Source: Fonticula alba ATCC 38817
Lineage: Eukaryota > Protista > Nucleariida
Direction: 5' to 3' (one strand)
DNA length: 10,811 bases
Assembly: GCA_000388065.2 (NCBI GenBank)
Contig: KB932205.1
This document shows, piece by piece, positions 9,381 through 10,811 of the stretch. Position 1 is the stretch's first letter, and every line of letters starts with the position of its first letter. The translations under genes were made by a program, and so were the position numbers. The notes beneath the pieces are model-generated. The model was not told the DNA's origin. It saw only the letters and a list, made by a program, of their open reading frames with translations, and searched no databases.

Positions 9381-9386
9381 CTTGCA

Positions 9387-10811
9387 CGGAGGGAAGGTCA
9401 CTGTAGGTAGGAGGGATATAAACAAGCCACGGGCATGAGACAGTGTCAGTGAAAGAAAGGAAAACGCTCCCTTGTTGAGGGCAGGGAGGTATATGGAGGG
9501 GGGGGGGGGGAGACACACACACAGACACACAAATAGGCATATGCGGGGGGTACAGACGCACAGGGACGCGCTCAAAAACGCCGGCCAAGGGTTCCGACGG
9601 GGGGGAAACAAAAATGGGCCAGAGAACATTCCGAAGCACGTCGCATAAGTTGGGGCGTGACTTTGGGTGATCACCCGGCGCCGCCCTCGAGCAGAACACA
9701 ATGCCATTCCGTTCACTAGATCCACCTGCCCGCAACATGTTCCCCGGCTTGCCAGCCTGGGGGAAGAAGACGGGGTTGTGTTGGTGTCGGCCGCGCGCTG
9801 CCCCGGGCCCGGTGCCGCCCTCTCGACCCCATGATGCCTGCCCAGGCCTTGCTCCGTGCCTCCTGGGGGGGGGGGGGGGGCAGCCACCCGGCGCCGGGCG
9901 TCGCACAGGGCGGCGCGGCACGGTGCGTACAGGCACACCCCCATATGCCCGTTTGACTGTCACCTGCTGCTGTGCCGGACCCCCACATCCACGGGTGGCA
10001 AGTACACCGAGGCGCCTTTTCGCCGGCCGCCCCACCTCCGCCAAGGCCCTCCGCGGCCCCTCCACCAGATAGACAGGTTCTCTTTCCCCCTGTACGAGAT
10101 CCCCCGTCTTCCTCCCTCCCCTCGCTCTCTTCGCCCGCCCGCCCGCCCGCCCGCCCGCTCGCCTTCCTTCCTCATGCCCTTGCTTCCCGTGTCTCGCTCC
10201 TGCGCCATTGCTTCTCTCTCTCTCTCTCTCTCGCCGCTCCTCCCATTCCGCCGGGGCCCGTTCTCCCTGGCCCTCCCCTTCTTGCTATCCGCGCGCACGC
10301 GCGCGCGCCTTGCTGCCATGATCAACCCCCTCCGCTCCGGCTGATGACTCACCCGCGCATCTGGGCGCCCTCCTTGCCCCTTCCCCTCTCCCCTTTGGAT
10401 GTGTTGCTTTTCGAATAGCCTGGCCTCATCGCACCACACACACTCTCTCTCCAAGATGTTCCGCAAGACTGTTGAGCATGGCGTTTCTTACATGGGCCCC
10501 TTCGGCGCTATGGGCCCCAAGGTGCGTCTCCCCTGCCCTCCCTTTTCTACTCCTCCTTTGCCTTTGGCTTCCCCCCCCCCCCTCCGCCCGACCAGCAGCC
10601 TTCTTCCCACACTCCCGATGCCAACTCGCGCGTGCCCTACATTCACTCACACGTGCAGCACATACATTCACACACTCACACTCATCCTGCGCACAGTCCA
10701 AGGGCATCATCACCTACAGCTGGTCCCCCTACGTGCAGAAGCCCTTCTACGGTCTCTTCTCCAAGAGCATCACCAACATGGCCCACCGTGTTGCCTCTAG
10801 CCTGCCCTTCA
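9387..10811 (+). repeat. Copy 2 of the 1425-bp direct repeat; runs off the right edge
   Basis: Starts cggagggaaggtcactg as at 3081 and ends cctgcccttca as at 4495-4505. Confidence 0.97.
10456..10811 (+). CDS. QCR8: Second copy of QCR8 (exon 1 10456-10521; exon 2 from 10697, cut by the window edge); may be an assembly duplicate
   Basis: Same sequence as 4150-4505 shifted by 6306 nt. Confidence 0.8.

Noticed and set aside
9091-10065. 324-aa and 211-aa minus-strand ORFs
   Set aside because: They cross the adapter/polyG junction (one contains VTGVQTCA) and show no recognisable domain.

Overview
GC-rich, intron-rich eukaryotic genomic DNA from a draft assembly (850-N gap at 2231-3080, 10-N gap at 8164-8173). 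Four spliced genes can be rebuilt by hand with phase-consistent GT-AG introns: a DENN-domain Rab-GEF-family gene (minus strand, runs off the left edge), then QCR8/UQCRQ, TRAPPC1/BET5 and thymidylate kinase on the plus strand. Bases 3081-4505 recur, apparently identically, at 9387-10811, giving a second partial QCR8. Just before that second copy is a 20-nt exact match to the Illumina TruSeq adapter (9361-9380), so the duplication and that junction are suspect assembly artefacts. Fungus-like motifs in QCR8, Bet5 and the DENN protein, plus the polyC/(CT)n-rich introns, suggest an early-branching opisthokont such as a Fonticula-like holomycotan; this is inference only. I found no convincing new biological system. 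Most long ORFs in the track are GC-rich shadow or intron read-through frames.
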